In this document: piece by piece, positions 13,077-26,864 of the stretch | Numbering within the stretch: position 1 is the first letter of the stretch | How the letters are laid out: the number at the start of each line of letters is the position of its first letter | Assembly: GCA_951406725.2 (NCBI GenBank) | Contig: OX597817.1 | Coordinates: 106,888,001 to 106,952,000 of the forward strand | DNA: 64,000 nt | Origin: Octopus vulgaris | Taxonomy: Eukaryota | Direction: 5' to 3' | Made by a program: the position numbers and the translations under genes | Notes under the pieces: generated by a model | What the model saw: only the letters and a program-made list of their open reading frames with translations | The model's database searches: none | What the model was told of the DNA's origin: nothing

Positions 13077-14929
13077 AACCTTGTGATGGACTAGCATCTT
13101 GTTTAGGAGGAATGTTGTGATCTCAGTCACTTTACACATCATGAGCCTGCTCATTTAGCTAGAAGGAGAGGATCATTTGAAAGCTGCAACAACACAAGGA
13201 AGTGAATGTAACCAGCAATGTATAACAACATCCAGTAGTCTGGTTGATACAGTGTTATAGTGAAATATTACAATAGGTAAATACTTTTCCCTACTGTGAA
13301 TAATGATAGGTAATGCTACAAAGGTACAATAATTAAAATTTTACTTCGCTTAAATTTCATGATGCATACACAAAATAATGAAATGAATGGCTATTTTTCA
13401 AAATATAGATATTTATCAAATTAATACAGAATTAAATAAGAGGATAAAATACACTTGTCACACTTTGTAAAGTGGTTAGTGAATGAATAGAGACAATTCA
13501 AAGTAGAAGGAAGCTTTAGTCTTGTTGAGGACAGGATAACCTCTCTAGGGTTGGTGACACAACAAAATACATTTAGTATATTGTGTAAAGTGGTTTGTAT
13601 TAGGAAGGGTATCCAGCAATAGAAACCTCATCAAAAATGGAGTGTACAAGTGAGAAAAGATCCTTCGATCCATTTAGGAGGATAATAGTCCTGAATAAAA
13701 ACCGACTAGAACAATGACAACTCACCAAACACATGTTAGCATGGAAAGTAGATATAAAATGATGATGATGATAACTATGTACACTATTTTTCTTTTGTAT
13801 ATTTGCAATACATATGCTAGTAATAACAATAGCGCTGTTTACCTATCAATTAAATACAGATGCAATATATTGATTAGTTTAATATAAGGTTAAGTGATAT
13901 TTTAGAGTGACCAAGCAATAAATAATGAATATGATTATATAATATAACCAATATTATTAGTATTGATTTTGATAACCTGAAATCAATTATGTTTCATCTT
14001 GATAATGATTCTTTTCATACTGTTTAGGTCACTTTTGCAAAATTCATATAATTGCCTGAGAAAAACTTCTACATCTTCCATATTCTTTTGATTTTGCTGC
14101 TTCATATTACATTTTGTTTATTCTTTGACTGTCTTCAGGCTTTAGACTGCAGTCATGCTGGAGCATTACCTTCAAGTTTTCTTTCTTTTCTTTTCCAGTC
14201 AATTATATTGACTTCAGTACTTTGTCTGGTACTTCTTTTAATCAATTTCTATTTAAGTTCTCTGTGACATAAGGAAGACAGATAAATATACCTAAATATC
14301 ATTAAGTATTTTTATTCAACACACAAATTTTCACATACACAATATACATATATGCATGTATATATCATCATTCCATTTTTATACCCATTCTTTTTATGCT
14401 AGTATTGGCTGGACAAGGCTTACTAGTTTCCAAGTAAGTTACTTATTTGATTTTTTCATAAGAAATTGTATAACAGCCAAGTATTTTTATGGCAAGTGTA
14501 ATCATTGGCACCACTTCAGTGGTGACATTGTGTTATACTTTAAGTGTATAAACAATATCAAGGATGAGAATGCACAAACACAGATGTACAGGCTCAAACA
14601 GTGCCAAAATGTCCAAGTGAAAAGAAACATATGAAGAGGAAGTCCAAAGTAGACATGGGTAGGAGTGGTAAAAGTTGATCTAAAGATGCTGAACATTACA
14701 AAAGAGATGACAACAGAATGTCATATATGGTGAGATTATTTTGGAAAGGTTCCATAAAAACATATGCAAACATGGAAATGATTGCATAAAAATGATGATG
14801 AATGATGAGGATAGACTTCTATACAGTTTCCAGTCAACATTTCATCACAAGGTATTGATCAGTTTGAGCATATAGTAGAAGACACTTGCCATTGGGGACA
14901 CTTGGGGAGAACGAACCCAAAACTACATT

Positions 14930-15120
14930 GTTGTGAAGCAACATAGCTATGGTGGAGAGAGACTCATGGGGAGGACAGAGCATTATGGTATGGGGCAGGA
15001 TTGCACTCAACAAGAAACTTGGACTGGTGGTCTTCCAAAACATTGACCGAGGCTGGGGCAATGGAGTAACAACTGCTAGCTACATCAACCAAGTTTTGTG
15101 TCATACTTTGCCTGTCATCA
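14930..15120 (+). mobile_element. Tc1 transposase fragment
   Basis: VERDSWGGQSIMVWGRIA...GVTTASYINQVL resembles the Tc1 DDE domain motif GGGSVMVWG. Confidence 0.65.
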
Positions 15121-16667
15121 GAATCAGATGTTCCAACATACTACCAGGTTGACAACATTATTATTAGGTTATGGGAAGAAATTATTTGAAAGAACTAAAA
15201 AAGTGTTAATTCAAAGAATATATATATTCCAGGAAGACATGGGAGGATGTGTTGAAGCATGATCTTTGGACATTGGGCCTCATGAAGGCAATGACAAGTG
15301 ACCAAGACCTTTGGCAATATGTTGTGTTTGAGAAGACTCATCAAGCCAAGTGAAATAATAGTTGTGGCCAATGCCAGTGTCACATAACTGGCACCCGTGT
15401 TGGTGGTACATAAATGCACCCATGCCAGTGGCACCTAAAAAGCACCCATTACTCTTGGAGTTGTTATTAGAAAGGGCATCCAGCCATAGAAACTATGCTG
15501 GTTTGGCATGGTTTCGGACTGGAACCTGGTGCAGCTCTCCGACTTACCAGTTCCAATCACACCATCTAGGCCATGTCAGCATGGAAAGCAGATGCTAAAT
15601 GATGACAATAATAAGGAAGTGCAACTTTATACTAGGAAATGATGAGTAGAAACAGGTTAAAGTATGAGAGAAAGGGACAAGAATAGAACTGGTTTCTTGC
15701 TGTTGAGGAGATACATGACTACACACATTTTAAAAGAGAGGGTAGGAGTGATCATGTGGAGCTGGAACACAATGAAAATAACAGTGAAAAGGTATGAAGG
15801 TAGACCTTCAAGATATGAGGTGAGTAGAAATGAGTGGGACAAAAGGATCAGGAGAGAGCTGAAGAGTTGGCAACATCTGATAGTGCAGAGTAGGTGAATA
15901 GTAATGATGATGAAATAAACAGGAGGATGAAAGGGAGATGACATACTGTTTGGTATGTTACAGGAGTAGACAGAGAAGAGGGAGTAGGTATGGTGTATGG
16001 AGAGGGTGAGATGTATAGTGGTGGAGGAGAAGAGATAATTTGATGGTACACACACACACATTGGGCTTCAACAAAATTTCTACCATATCTCACTCTTTCA
16101 CTTATAAAGCTTTGATCTAGATCAACATGAGTAATGTTAGAAGACAACTGAAAAACAACAAAAAAAAGTGCATCCTTTTGATTGCAAGAGAAACATCTCT
16201 ACAACACAGTTATAACTATTTAAGAAAAAGATTTTAAGTTTTGAAATACTAACCCCATCATTTGAGATGAAAAATGTGTTAAAAATGATCTTATAAAATA
16301 TTTACATGTACAATATTATTTTTTAAAAAATGTACTTCACTGATAAGGTTAATATTATGAAAAATTATCTCATTCACATCTCATCTCAGAAATATTTTTA
16401 TTTTGGATTTTGTTAAAATGTGTAAATGAAAATAGTTTATGCATGCTTAGTTAATCTAAAAAATATTTTGTTTTTAATCTCAAACTTACCAAAACAAAAT
16501 AAACAGTGTATACAGTCAAACATTTAACAGATTTTTATAGGCAAACTGTCACTAAAAATTTAAAAAATATATACTAGATATAAATCAACTCTTTCTGATT
16601 CATTTTGGCCTATCCTTTTAAAACTACATAAGTAAAAAGTACACACACACACACACAACATATATAC

Positions 16668-16713
<46 letters not shown>

Positions 16714-16716
16714 CTG

Positions 16717-16745
<29 letters not shown>

Positions 16746-16747
<2 letters not shown>

Positions 16748-17272
16748 CTAATATAGGATATAATTTTCAAAAAAATTTTATCAATGGCCAGCATATTAAA
16801 AAAATACCTTTAAAGGTTAAATTTATAAACAACTTATAAACAAGGGCAAAAGAAAAAAATTTCAATGCCAAATATGCTGAAATAGACTTAATCGTCAATA
16901 ACCATATAATTTATCACTATAAGCACGCGTCTTGAAAGCAAGCCGATAGAAATTTCTAAAAAAATTTCGTTATTACCGGATCGGTCCCAATTTCTGAGTT
17001 AATTCATTTAGAATTTTCTCGTCATCAGCAATAAATATGATAAGAAAATAAATGAGATATTTACTTGTACCCATGGAAGAAGTAAACACTAAGTCATGAG
17101 CACACTTAAGTACCCCAAATATATCCAAAATAGAAATTCCACAGCATACCTCGAGACACGTATGATCGGACTGAAAATTCTTATAGAGTGAGATATTATA
17201 TGGTTATTGACAATTAAGTCTATTTCGGCATATTCGGCATTGAAATTTTTTTCTTTTGCCCTTTTTTGTAAG

Positions 17273-17274
<2 letters not shown>
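16746..17274. mobile_element. Fold-back PLE tail fragment (family B) between (TA)n tracts
   Basis: Inverted arms 16831-16923 and 17180-17274; hammerhead-like motif on the minus strand between them. Confidence 0.65.
16970..17035 (-). ncRNA. Degenerate hammerhead motif
   Basis: CTGATGA-cgag[aattc/gaatt]ctca-GAAA-ttggga ccga tccgg-TA; helices II and III pair if CpG decay is reverted; helix I imperfect. Confidence 0.5.
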
Positions 17275-17315
<41 letters not shown>

Positions 17316-17330
17316 AATATTTGTAGAAAA

Positions 17331-18642
17331 GATCTGAAGAAAAGGTGTAGGTAGAAACTCCATAAGATGTACCAAGTGTAAGCTATGGGTGCATAAGAGG
17401 TGCAGCAACATCAAAGGAAGGTTTACCGGAAAGATAGCTTTTGTGTGCAGCAGATGCACAGGGGCAATAAACACTGCAGATGCTCAGAAAACTGATTCTA
17501 TCACATGCCAGGGGGAGAAACTAGAAGTAGTTGATAACTTCCTGCTACCTAGGTGACCAAGTCTGTAGGGCGGGGTGGATGCTCAGAGAGCATTGCCACT
17601 AGAATAAGAATAGCCTGGGCAAAGTTCAGAAAGCTCCTACCTCTATTGGTGACAAAGTTCCTCTCACTCAGAGTGAAAGATAGATGTGAAACATGGGCCG
17701 TGACTGCTGAAGACATGCGTAGGCTTGAAAAAAATGAAGCTAGTATGCTCCACTGGATGTGTAATGTCAGTGTGCACACATGACAGAGTGTAAGCACCCT
17801 GAGAGAAATGTTGGACATAAGAAGCATCAGATGTGATTACAAGAGAGACGACTACACTGGAATGGTCACGTGCTACATATGGATGAGAAGAGCTTTGTGA
17901 AGAAGTGTCACTCCCTAACAGTGGAAGGAAACCGTAGAAGAGGGAGACCCAAGAAGACATGGGATGAGGTGGTGAAGCATGACCTTCAAAAATTGGGCCT
18001 CACAGAGGCAATGACGACAGACCGAGACCTCTGGAGATATGCTGTGATTGAGAAGAATCAGCAAGGAAAGTGAGATCACAGCTATAGCCTACATCAGTGT
18101 CACATAACCAGCCCATCAAAAATGTACCTTTGAATCGTTGGGCGACATGCTATGATTGAGGAGACCTATTGAGTCAAGTGAATCAAAATCAAAATCAAAT
18201 CAATTGGAAATTGTAGTTGTTGCCGATACCAGTGCCACCTGACTGGATCCCATGGTGGTGGCATGCAATAAGCACCATTCATGCGTGGGTTATTACTAGA
18301 GGTGCCTGACTGGCTCCTCATGCTGGTGGCATGTAAAAAGCACCATCCAAATGTGGCCAATACCAGTGTTGCCTGACCAGTTCCCTGTGCTGGTGGCACA
18401 TAAAAAGCACCATCCAAATTTCACCCCTACCAGTGCTGCATGACTAGCTCCTGTGCCAGTAGCACGTAAAAAGCACCTACTACACTCTTGGAGTGGTTGG
18501 CATTAGGGAGGGCATCCAGCTGTAGAAATATTGCCAGATTAGATTGGAGCTTGGTGCAGCCTCCTGGCTTGCCAGCTACTAGTCAAACAGTCCAACTCAT
18601 GCCAGCATGGCAAACAGACATTAAGCAATGATGATGATGATG
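17331..18642 (+). mobile_element. 5'-truncated, decayed RTE-clade LINE
   Basis: Colinear with 59860-61159 (RIRIAWAKFRKLLPLL, ETWAVTAEDMRRL, RGRPKKTWDEVVKHDL), hairpin-unit 3' UTR, (gat)n tail. Confidence 0.85.
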
Positions 18643-18998
18643 CTTTAATGTCCATTTTCCATGCTGGCATTGGTTTGCCCAATATGTTTTCATAACAAAG
18701 AACCTAAGCTATACTTTTCTATTCAGCCATATCCAATAATTGTTAATTTACATTTCCACTATTGGAAGGTTCAACACACACACATATATGCACGCACACA
18801 CACATACATACATATATATATATATACACACACAAAATAATTATTAAAAATGTAATATCAAAATAAAAATGTAACAGAATAAAAGTTTTGCTTCAATTTT
18901 ATATATCTTTTAAAAATTGAATCCCTTTGAATGTATGTACGCACACACATACACACATACATAAATGTCATGTATATGTATTTATACATATGTACATA

Positions 18999-20161
18999 CA
19001 GGGGTTGGACAAAATAATGGAAACACCTTAAAATTTCAAAGTTTGAATTTGATGAGTTATGCACTCGTACAAAGTTTGAATTGTTTCCAAAGGAATTTTT
19101 GTCCATTCTTCATCTAAAACAGTCTCTAGTTCTTGTAGTGACGATGGTGGAGGATATTGACTCCTTACTTGATTTTCTAAAATGCACTAGAAATGTTCAA
19201 CTTCACTAGAATGTTCCTCATGCCATTCAGTAACAACTTTAGCTGTGTGAATTGGTGCATTATCATCCTGAAAGATTGCATTTCCCTCCGGAAACATTTC
19301 TGTAACCATAGGATGAATTTGATCAGATAAAATGCTTAAATAGTTTTGACTATTAATTCTGCCATGAAAGGAAACCATTGGGCTGGTGGATTTCCAAGAT
19401 ATAGCCCCCCCCCAGATCATCACAGATCCTCCTCCATGTTTAACAGTTGAAAGAAGGCAGTCTGGGTCAAATGATTCTTTTGGCTGTTTCCACATGTATA
19501 CTTGGCCAGTGGTTGGAAATAAGGTAAAGATGACTCATCCAAGAAAATAATATCCTCCCACTGCTCTAGGGACCAATTCTGTAGGTTTTAACTCCATTCT
19601 AAATACTTTGCAATGTTTATTTTTGAAAGTAGTGGTTTTCTGATTGCAACCCTCCCATGCAAACAGTTTTTGTGGAAACTGGGTTCCTGAGGTGGTCATT
19701 AAGCTCTGGAGTAATTTTGAGCACTTTACTTTTGTGATCCTTTCTAACAATTTGTGTAAAAGTTTGACGGTCCCTATCAGAAAGTTTTGGTTTTCTTCCA
19801 GAGTTTTGTTTCGATGAGGAGGTTTTTCCTTCTTTCTCAAAGGCTGTCATTACTTTTGAGATAGCACTTCTTGATATACCAAACATTTTGGCTGTTTTCG
19901 TTACACTAGTGCCTGCCATACGAGCACCAGCAATTTGACCTCTTTGAAAGTCAGATAGATCTGTCATTTCAATGAATTTTAATTACCTTTTTCTGATGAT
20001 ATCTGAAAAGAAACAGCAATTTTAGCGAAACATATTAAGCAATACTATTAATAAATTAAAAAAAAAAACATAAAAATAAACACGCTTTTGACAGTTTTAT
20101 AGATATTTCAAAATTATGATGCTATGATAATAGGTGTTTCCATTATTTTGCCCAACCCCTG
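18999..20161 (-). mobile_element. Tc1 DNA transposon with pseudogenised transposase
   Basis: TIRs caggggttggacaaaataatggaaacacct / aggtgtttccattattttgcccaacccctg, TA TSD; broken ORFs MTDLSDFQRGQI (paired-like HTH) and TVKHGGGSVMIWG...FQDDNAPIH. Confidence 0.92.
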
Positions 20162-21769
20162 TACATACATATATGTGTGTATGTATGTATGTGTGTGTGT
20201 ATATATGTATATGTATACACACACACATGCACACATGTAAAGTTAAAATAATAAATAAGCTACATTGGAATTTTAACAATATTTCCTTTAGGTTTTTCTG
20301 ACATTTTATATTTTGTAGGACATGTTGTGAATATATTAACTCTTTGAAATTTGTGGCAATCATTTTAAAGTTCTTTTGTTCTGTATGATTACTGTATTCA
20401 TCACATACAAATTGTATTGGACTATCATGTAGCATGAAATGAGAACTTAACATTGGATGTGATTTGATTTTGAATTCGTTCAATGCAAAATCACTTTTAA
20501 TAATTCCATTTAGGAGAATTATTTTAATGGAAAGTACTAGAAAGAATTACCAGAAGAGATCAACATAAAAGAAAGTACATTTACAAATCAATACATCCCA
20601 CTGATTATGTGTCAGACAACTCCTAAACTTGTACTAATTTATCATTATTACCTAGCCAATAGATATTGATTTTAACTTGAAACTAAATGCCTAATTAGGC
20701 ATTTGAAAAAGGTACTTCAATCTGTGGCTTTGTTAAAAAAGGAAAATCAATTTATTCTAAAAACTTTATTTCATGCAACTTAGCTTGGATTAACAGCTTT
20801 TCCAAGAACTTCCCTCTTTCATTGATCTGTAGAAGCATTTTGATATTTAATGCTCATCAACATCGTAAATATGTCAATTATTTTATTTCGAATTTTATTG
20901 TTTACTTTTCTTTAAAATAGATAAAAACAGACCTATTTTAAACAAAAGAGAACTTGTTCAGATTTACCTTATTTAAAACAAAGCTGTAAATCTCTCAGCT
21001 TGTTGGAGCAGAAACTCCTGAGTTACTGCTTTCTTCCTTCTCTCTCCTTCAAATAATTTTCATGTTGGTTGATTAAGTCTCTGATTTATCTACTGAGCGT
21101 GATTGTTTGATTAATATATTGAGCATTTTTAGATGGGCTGAATGTCTACAGGATTAGGTGATCAATAAATCTGAATGCTTTTAACATAATACAGACCTTA
21201 CTGAGGCATGTAATGTAATGTAGAAAATAAGAATAGCAAACGGAAATTACTTTATCAACAATATCAATTTATTTATTACTTTGACAGGTATATAAAACTG
21301 TAAAACACTTCAAAACAAAATATGCATAGCAAAACTTTAAAGCTGCATGGTTGATAGAGCTAGACATCAGTTGAGTATTCAGTCACATTACCAGTATAAG
21401 CCAGAACTCACCCAGCTTCACTATTGCATTCTGACAGTGTTAAAGTCATTGGTTGCATTGCATACTGCTAGAGCTAAAGGCATCAGTTTAGTACTGGGTT
21501 CAATTTCCAATATAAGGCAAACTTGTTCTAGCTCCACAACTGACAGAGTTGAAGGCATTAGTTTAACACTTGGCCATATTTTCAGTACAAAGCAGTTTGG
21601 TTGTGAGGTTAAGAAGCTTGTTTTGCAACCACATGGTTTTGGGTTCAGTCCCTCTGCATGGCACCTAGGGCAACTGTCTGCTACTATAGCACCAAGTCAA
21701 CCAATGCCTTGTAAGTGAATTTGGTTGACAGAAACTATGTCGTGGCTTGTTGTATATATGTGTGCATAT

Positions 21770-22243
21770 GGAATTTGTATCCTTGTGGTACCAGTGCCGG
21801 TGGCACATAAGAAAACCATCCGAACGGGACCGTAGCCAGTACCGCATCGACTGGCCTCCGTGCTGTGGGCACGTAACAAACACCATCCGATCGTAGCTGT
21901 TCGCCAGCCTCGTCTGGCACCTGTGTCAGTGGCACATAAAAAACACCATCCGAGCGTGGCCATCTGCCAGCCTCGTCTGGCACCTGTGTCGGTGGCACAT
22001 AAAAAACACCATCCGAGCGTGGCCGTCTGCCAGCCTCGTCTGGCACCTGTGTCGGTGGCACATAAAATCGCCCACTACACTCTCGGAGTGGTTGGCGTTA
22101 GGAAGGGCATCCAGCTGTAGAAACACTGCCAGATCTGACTGGCCTGGTGTAGCCTTCGGGCTTGCCAGACCCCAGTTGAACTGTCCAACCCATGCTAGCA
22201 TGGAAAGCGGACGTTAAACGATGATGATGATGATGATGATGAT
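21770..22243 (+). mobile_element. Young RTE 3'-UTR insertion with 63-bp tandem hairpin units, inserted in a family-1 SINE (21595-22470)
   Basis: caccatccga recurs at 21881, 21944, 22007; (gat)n tail; SINE head before it and SINE tail after it. Confidence 0.8.
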
Positions 22244-22834
22244 GTGTATCTATGTGTGTATATGTGTGTTTGTTCTACACTGCATGACAACTAGTGTTTG
22301 TTTGTTCAAATTCCTGTAACTTAGCAGTTCAACAATAGAGACTGATAAAATAAGTACCAGACTTAAAAAAATAAAATATTATGGTCAATTTGTTTGACTA
22401 AACCTTTCAGGGTGCTACCCCAGCACGGATGTGGTTCAATGACTAAAACAAGTAAAGAATGAAAGATAAAAGAAACCAGGTTTGACCTAGCAGCATAACT
22501 CTACATGGACAGACTAAAGACATTGGTATAATTCTAGGTCATATTTCCATCCAGTACAAACTAGACTTGACCCAGTTCCAAGCTGTACACTGGCATAGTA
22601 AAGACATCAGTATATTACTAAAACAAACCAAATAACTAAAGGACACATACTTTCAAGGACGGGTTATGGGTCTGCATGACATTCATGCTTTTCTTAAAGT
22701 TATGATAATTTTGTGTGTGTGTGTGTGTGTGTGTATCAAGGGTTGAACAGACAGAATACAATAAGGAGAAAAGCTAGATAAAAGCAGAGTAAACAGGAAA
22801 GTAGATTAAAACTAAACATTGTTTGTTTGCGTTT

Positions 22835-22870
<36 letters not shown>

Positions 22871-22872
<2 letters not shown>

Positions 22873-23160
22873 AGAAAATGGTGTCATTGAGACCCAAAGG
22901 TGTCAGGTAATGCTGAATAAGAGCTATAGACAGACCATAGTTAAGTTCCAGATTTGGTAATATTGCGAATAAAGGGTTCAACATTGGTTCTATGTCAACG
23001 TGTGTATATAAGAATTTTTTGCGTAATGAGATAAAAAACCAAGGCTGTATAGATATTAGAGCACTTATAGATAGAAGGTCTTACAGCTGTAAGATCTTCT
23101 ATCTATAAATGCTCTAATATCTATACAGCCTTGGGTTTTTTATCTCATGCAAAAAATTCA
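22871..23160. mobile_element. Fold-back PLE tail fragment (family C) centred on CAGCTG
   Basis: Inverted arms ~23012-23087 / 23088-23160 with no spacer; (TA)n on both sides; homologous to 62401-62650. Confidence 0.7.
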
Positions 23161-23173
23161 TATATATATATAC

Positions 23174-23701
<528 letters not shown>

Positions 23702-23789
23702 AGGGAAAGACGACACAAATCAAATCGAAACTGAAAGCACAAACTTGACTCAGCAAGACTAAATCTTTATTCTGTTTAGTTCTTCAGAA

Positions 23790-23792
23790 ATG

Positions 23793-23841
<49 letters not shown>

Positions 23842-23930
23842 CAACAATAACAATAACAACAATAATAATAATAATAACAACAATGATGATGATAAGGATG
23901 ATGATGATGATGATGATAGTAATAATAATT
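23790..23930. repeat. (AAT)n/(AAC)n/(GAT)n trinucleotide tract
   Basis: Directly visible. Confidence 0.95.
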
Positions 23931-25364
23931 TCAAATTTTGGCATGAAGCCAACAATTTCGTGGGTGGAGTAAATTGATTACACTGACCCCAGTGTTAAAC
24001 TGTTGCATATTTTATTGAACCCGAGGGGGTAAAAGGTAAAGTTGATCTTGGTCTGCTAGAAATAGCAGTTAAATCTCCCTCAAATCAAATCCTATATCTT
24101 AAAAGGGAAGTCCTAAGTATACTATGTCTTAAATTAAAATAGTATAGTCATAATCTGGAATGCATTTAATCATAGGCCTGCTTGATCAGGACTGATTAGC
24201 TAGATAATGCTAAATAACAACTTGACATATGTGACATACAATATTTAGAAAAAGAATCACTCAGAAGAGAGATGTGTTTCCTCCCCAAACAAAGTTTGCA
24301 AAATGTAATTTCACATAGCCGGCAACATTCAAAGTTAATGTGTCACACAACAATCTTATGTACTTATTATCATTCTCTGTTGCTTTGTTTCACAAAATAA
24401 TAAAAAGTACAGCATAACAACATGAGTCATATATACTTCTTTAATTAGACCAGTAGCCATACATTATTAGTCGTTGCTAGGTGGTGGTGGTGGTGGTGGT
24501 GGTGGTGGGGAGGGCACTTCAATACACTTCAAAAGGTAAGTAATGTGTTTGGATTGCTGACATTGTGGCATGAGGAGGTCATCAAGAATGTGTGTCATTC
24601 TTTAAAGAGTCTTAATTTGGTACCCTAACTTTCCTTACAGAACATGTGCTTGTGTGTGAGTGTGTGCTTACACATATAGTTGTCTGTGTTCTAACATACA
24701 TTATAATTATATATTTTACAAACAAATAAGTAATTTTCAACAGTAGTATAGCTGTGAAAACTGCAGCGAAAGAGAGATTGGGCATCTACACTTGGAAGAT
24801 GAAAAAAAAAGTTGCCAACAGGTGGATATTAGGAGTTGAACTCTATTATTCTCAAAGTTTGGCTGAGTGCTCTAACCATTAAGCTAGGCTGCCCCAAACA
24901 AGAATTACAGCCAGTTTTAATGCTAAATAATAGCTTTTTGAATGTAAGAACATTCTATAAAGAAAGTGCCAAATGAGTTGGTATTTCACAGACAAGCAAG
25001 TAAATTTCAACTGCAATATAACTGTAAAAATAGCAAAGAAAGATAGGGTATTTGCCCTTATACACACACACACACACACACACACATGATGAACTTTTTT
25101 GTTGAAGATGACATATGAGTATTCAACTTCTGCCAAATGACTTGCACAAATTATTTGTTTATGGTGATCAAATGTGTGTTTTGTACATTAGCTCACTCCT
25201 TCCATCAAATCAACAGTGTCTAAATAGCTGTACAGTGTGCCACGCATCAAATGTTGAAGTGATCGCAGAGCAATGTGTGATGAATTGAAACCACGATCTC
25301 AAGATTGTGAGTGCAACATCCTAACCACTAGTTCATGTGTCCTCACACACATACACGCCCACAT

Positions 25365-25570
25365 GATGGAGTGCTGAAAAATTCCTGGCTTTAAGAGAAT
25401 CATGAAAGGAGGCCCAAATCTTCCAATTAATTTTACAGGGCTTACAAAAACTGAAGGAACACTGCAACAAGTGTGCGAGAGGGGAATACGTTGAATAAAA
25501 TCATAAATAACTGATACTCCTGTATTTTCTTTTACCCAAGGCCAGGGACTTTTCAGCACCACCCCCCGCA
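25365..25570. mobile_element. MITE (copy 2, inverted relative to 394-613)
   Basis: Same TIRs gtgctgaaaaattcctgg / ccagggacttttcagcacc. Confidence 0.75.
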
Positions 25571-25654
25571 CACACACGCACACACACACATATATATATG
25601 GATCATCTGTAAACATAAATTTGAAAAAAGAAACACTCTTTAAGTTACAGAGCA

Positions 25655-26430
25655 GTATATATTAAAGTTAGATAAGGCCAGTTTATGAGATTGCCTTAGG
25701 TTTCATGTCCATAAAAGACTTAGCTTTATGGTATATCATCAGATCCCAAAAATCTGTTGGTCAAAGCCTCTCTAGCAACTGGCCTCTCTAAAATATGGAG
25801 GAGGAAAGGACCCCATTGCTCAACGTAAACAAAGGAGATCGTCTCCCCTTAGCTATCATCAATCACCAATGTCAACAAAGGGGATTGTATCCTTTGGCAA
25901 TCAATCACCGATAACCCTGTTATCCCATGGGTTCCAATATGTTAGCAGGAATTTCCTGAAATGTAAGCACAATTCGAAGACCTCCATTCTGGAGTTCAGG
26001 ATGTTGCCTGGGTTGAGGGAGTCCTCGCCTGTTTCACTATGCATAATTTACAGTAATTGGTCTTGTTAATGTAGCGGCCTGGATTTTCTAGGATTCTCCA
26101 TCATCTATCAGCTGCCATACATGGCTGGCTAATGATGTGATGAATCTCCTTTCCGGTATCTTGAAGGAGGATCTGTGGTTGGAGAGGTGTTGTTTGAATC
26201 AGTTCCCGGAACAGCTGACGTCTCTCTGTGGTTGGGTGTTGGCAGTGGTGTGTCTGTTGGTGTTCATGTCACTGCCACTGTTGGTGCTGGCGTTGCTGGT
26301 GTTGGCGTCATTGGAGGTGGTGATGGTGTTGATGCTACCACTGCCGGTTTTGGTAAAGGTGCTGTTGTTATTATGGCCATCGCCATTGATGAAGATGCTG
26401 TCATTGCTGTTGTAGATGTCATTGAAATAA
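25655..26430 (-). mobile_element. Internally deleted PLE remnant: Asn/Thr-rich segment, GIY-YIG endonuclease relic and family-A tail
   Basis: Minus strand ~26225-25920 gives VSCSGN*FKQHLSNHRSSFKIPERRFITSLASHVWQLIDDG...YCKLCIVK...ILNSRMEVFELCLHFRKF, resembling the PLE (Neptune-like) endonuclease C-terminus. Confidence 0.75.
25687..25747 (-). ncRNA. Family-A hammerhead motif downstream of the endonuclease relic
   Basis: GGGAT-CTGATGA-tataccataaag/ttttatggacat-GAAA-CCTAAGG-CA-ATCTC; U16.1 changed to C. Confidence 0.6.
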
Positions 26431-26620
26431 AAAATAGTACTCAAATACCAAAGGCAGAGTAAAATACTTTGATTAAAGCTGCAAAATTTCCACAGAAACT
26501 ATTACTCAGAGTTTCATGTTCCCATCGCTGGACAGCTGTGATGAAAACTATCCAACAAACAGGAGCACGAAACTCTGAGTAATAGTTTTTGTGACAATTT
26601 TGCAGCTTTAATAAATGAAT
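26430..26620. mobile_element. Fold-back PLE tail fragment (family D) with two decayed minimal HHR-like motifs (26499-26535 minus, 26548-26585 plus)
   Basis: Inverted arms attaaagctgcaaaat...ttactcagagtttc / gaaactctgagtaa...ttttgcagctttaat; GAAA-CTCTGAG-TA half-core intact. Confidence 0.6.
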
Positions 26621-26864
26621 ACACAGACACATACACACACACACACAATGGGCTTCTTTCAGTTGCCAGCTATCCTCTCACAAGGCTTTGTGGTCAGCTT
26701 GGGGCTATAGCAGAACACACTAGCCCAAGTTGCCATGCAGTGGGACTGATCCTGGAACCATATGGTTGGGAAGCAAACTTCTTAACACATAGCCATGCTT
26801 GCACCTATTTTCCCTACATACCCATGCTTGCATCTGTACAATATCTTTTACCTTCTTGTTTCCA

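Noticed and set aside
21782-22075. CRISPR-like array (hairpin repeats at regular spacing; also 56240-56580)
   Set aside because: Whole units repeat with no unique spacers, there are no cas genes, and the array is part of a LINE 3' UTR in eukaryotic DNA
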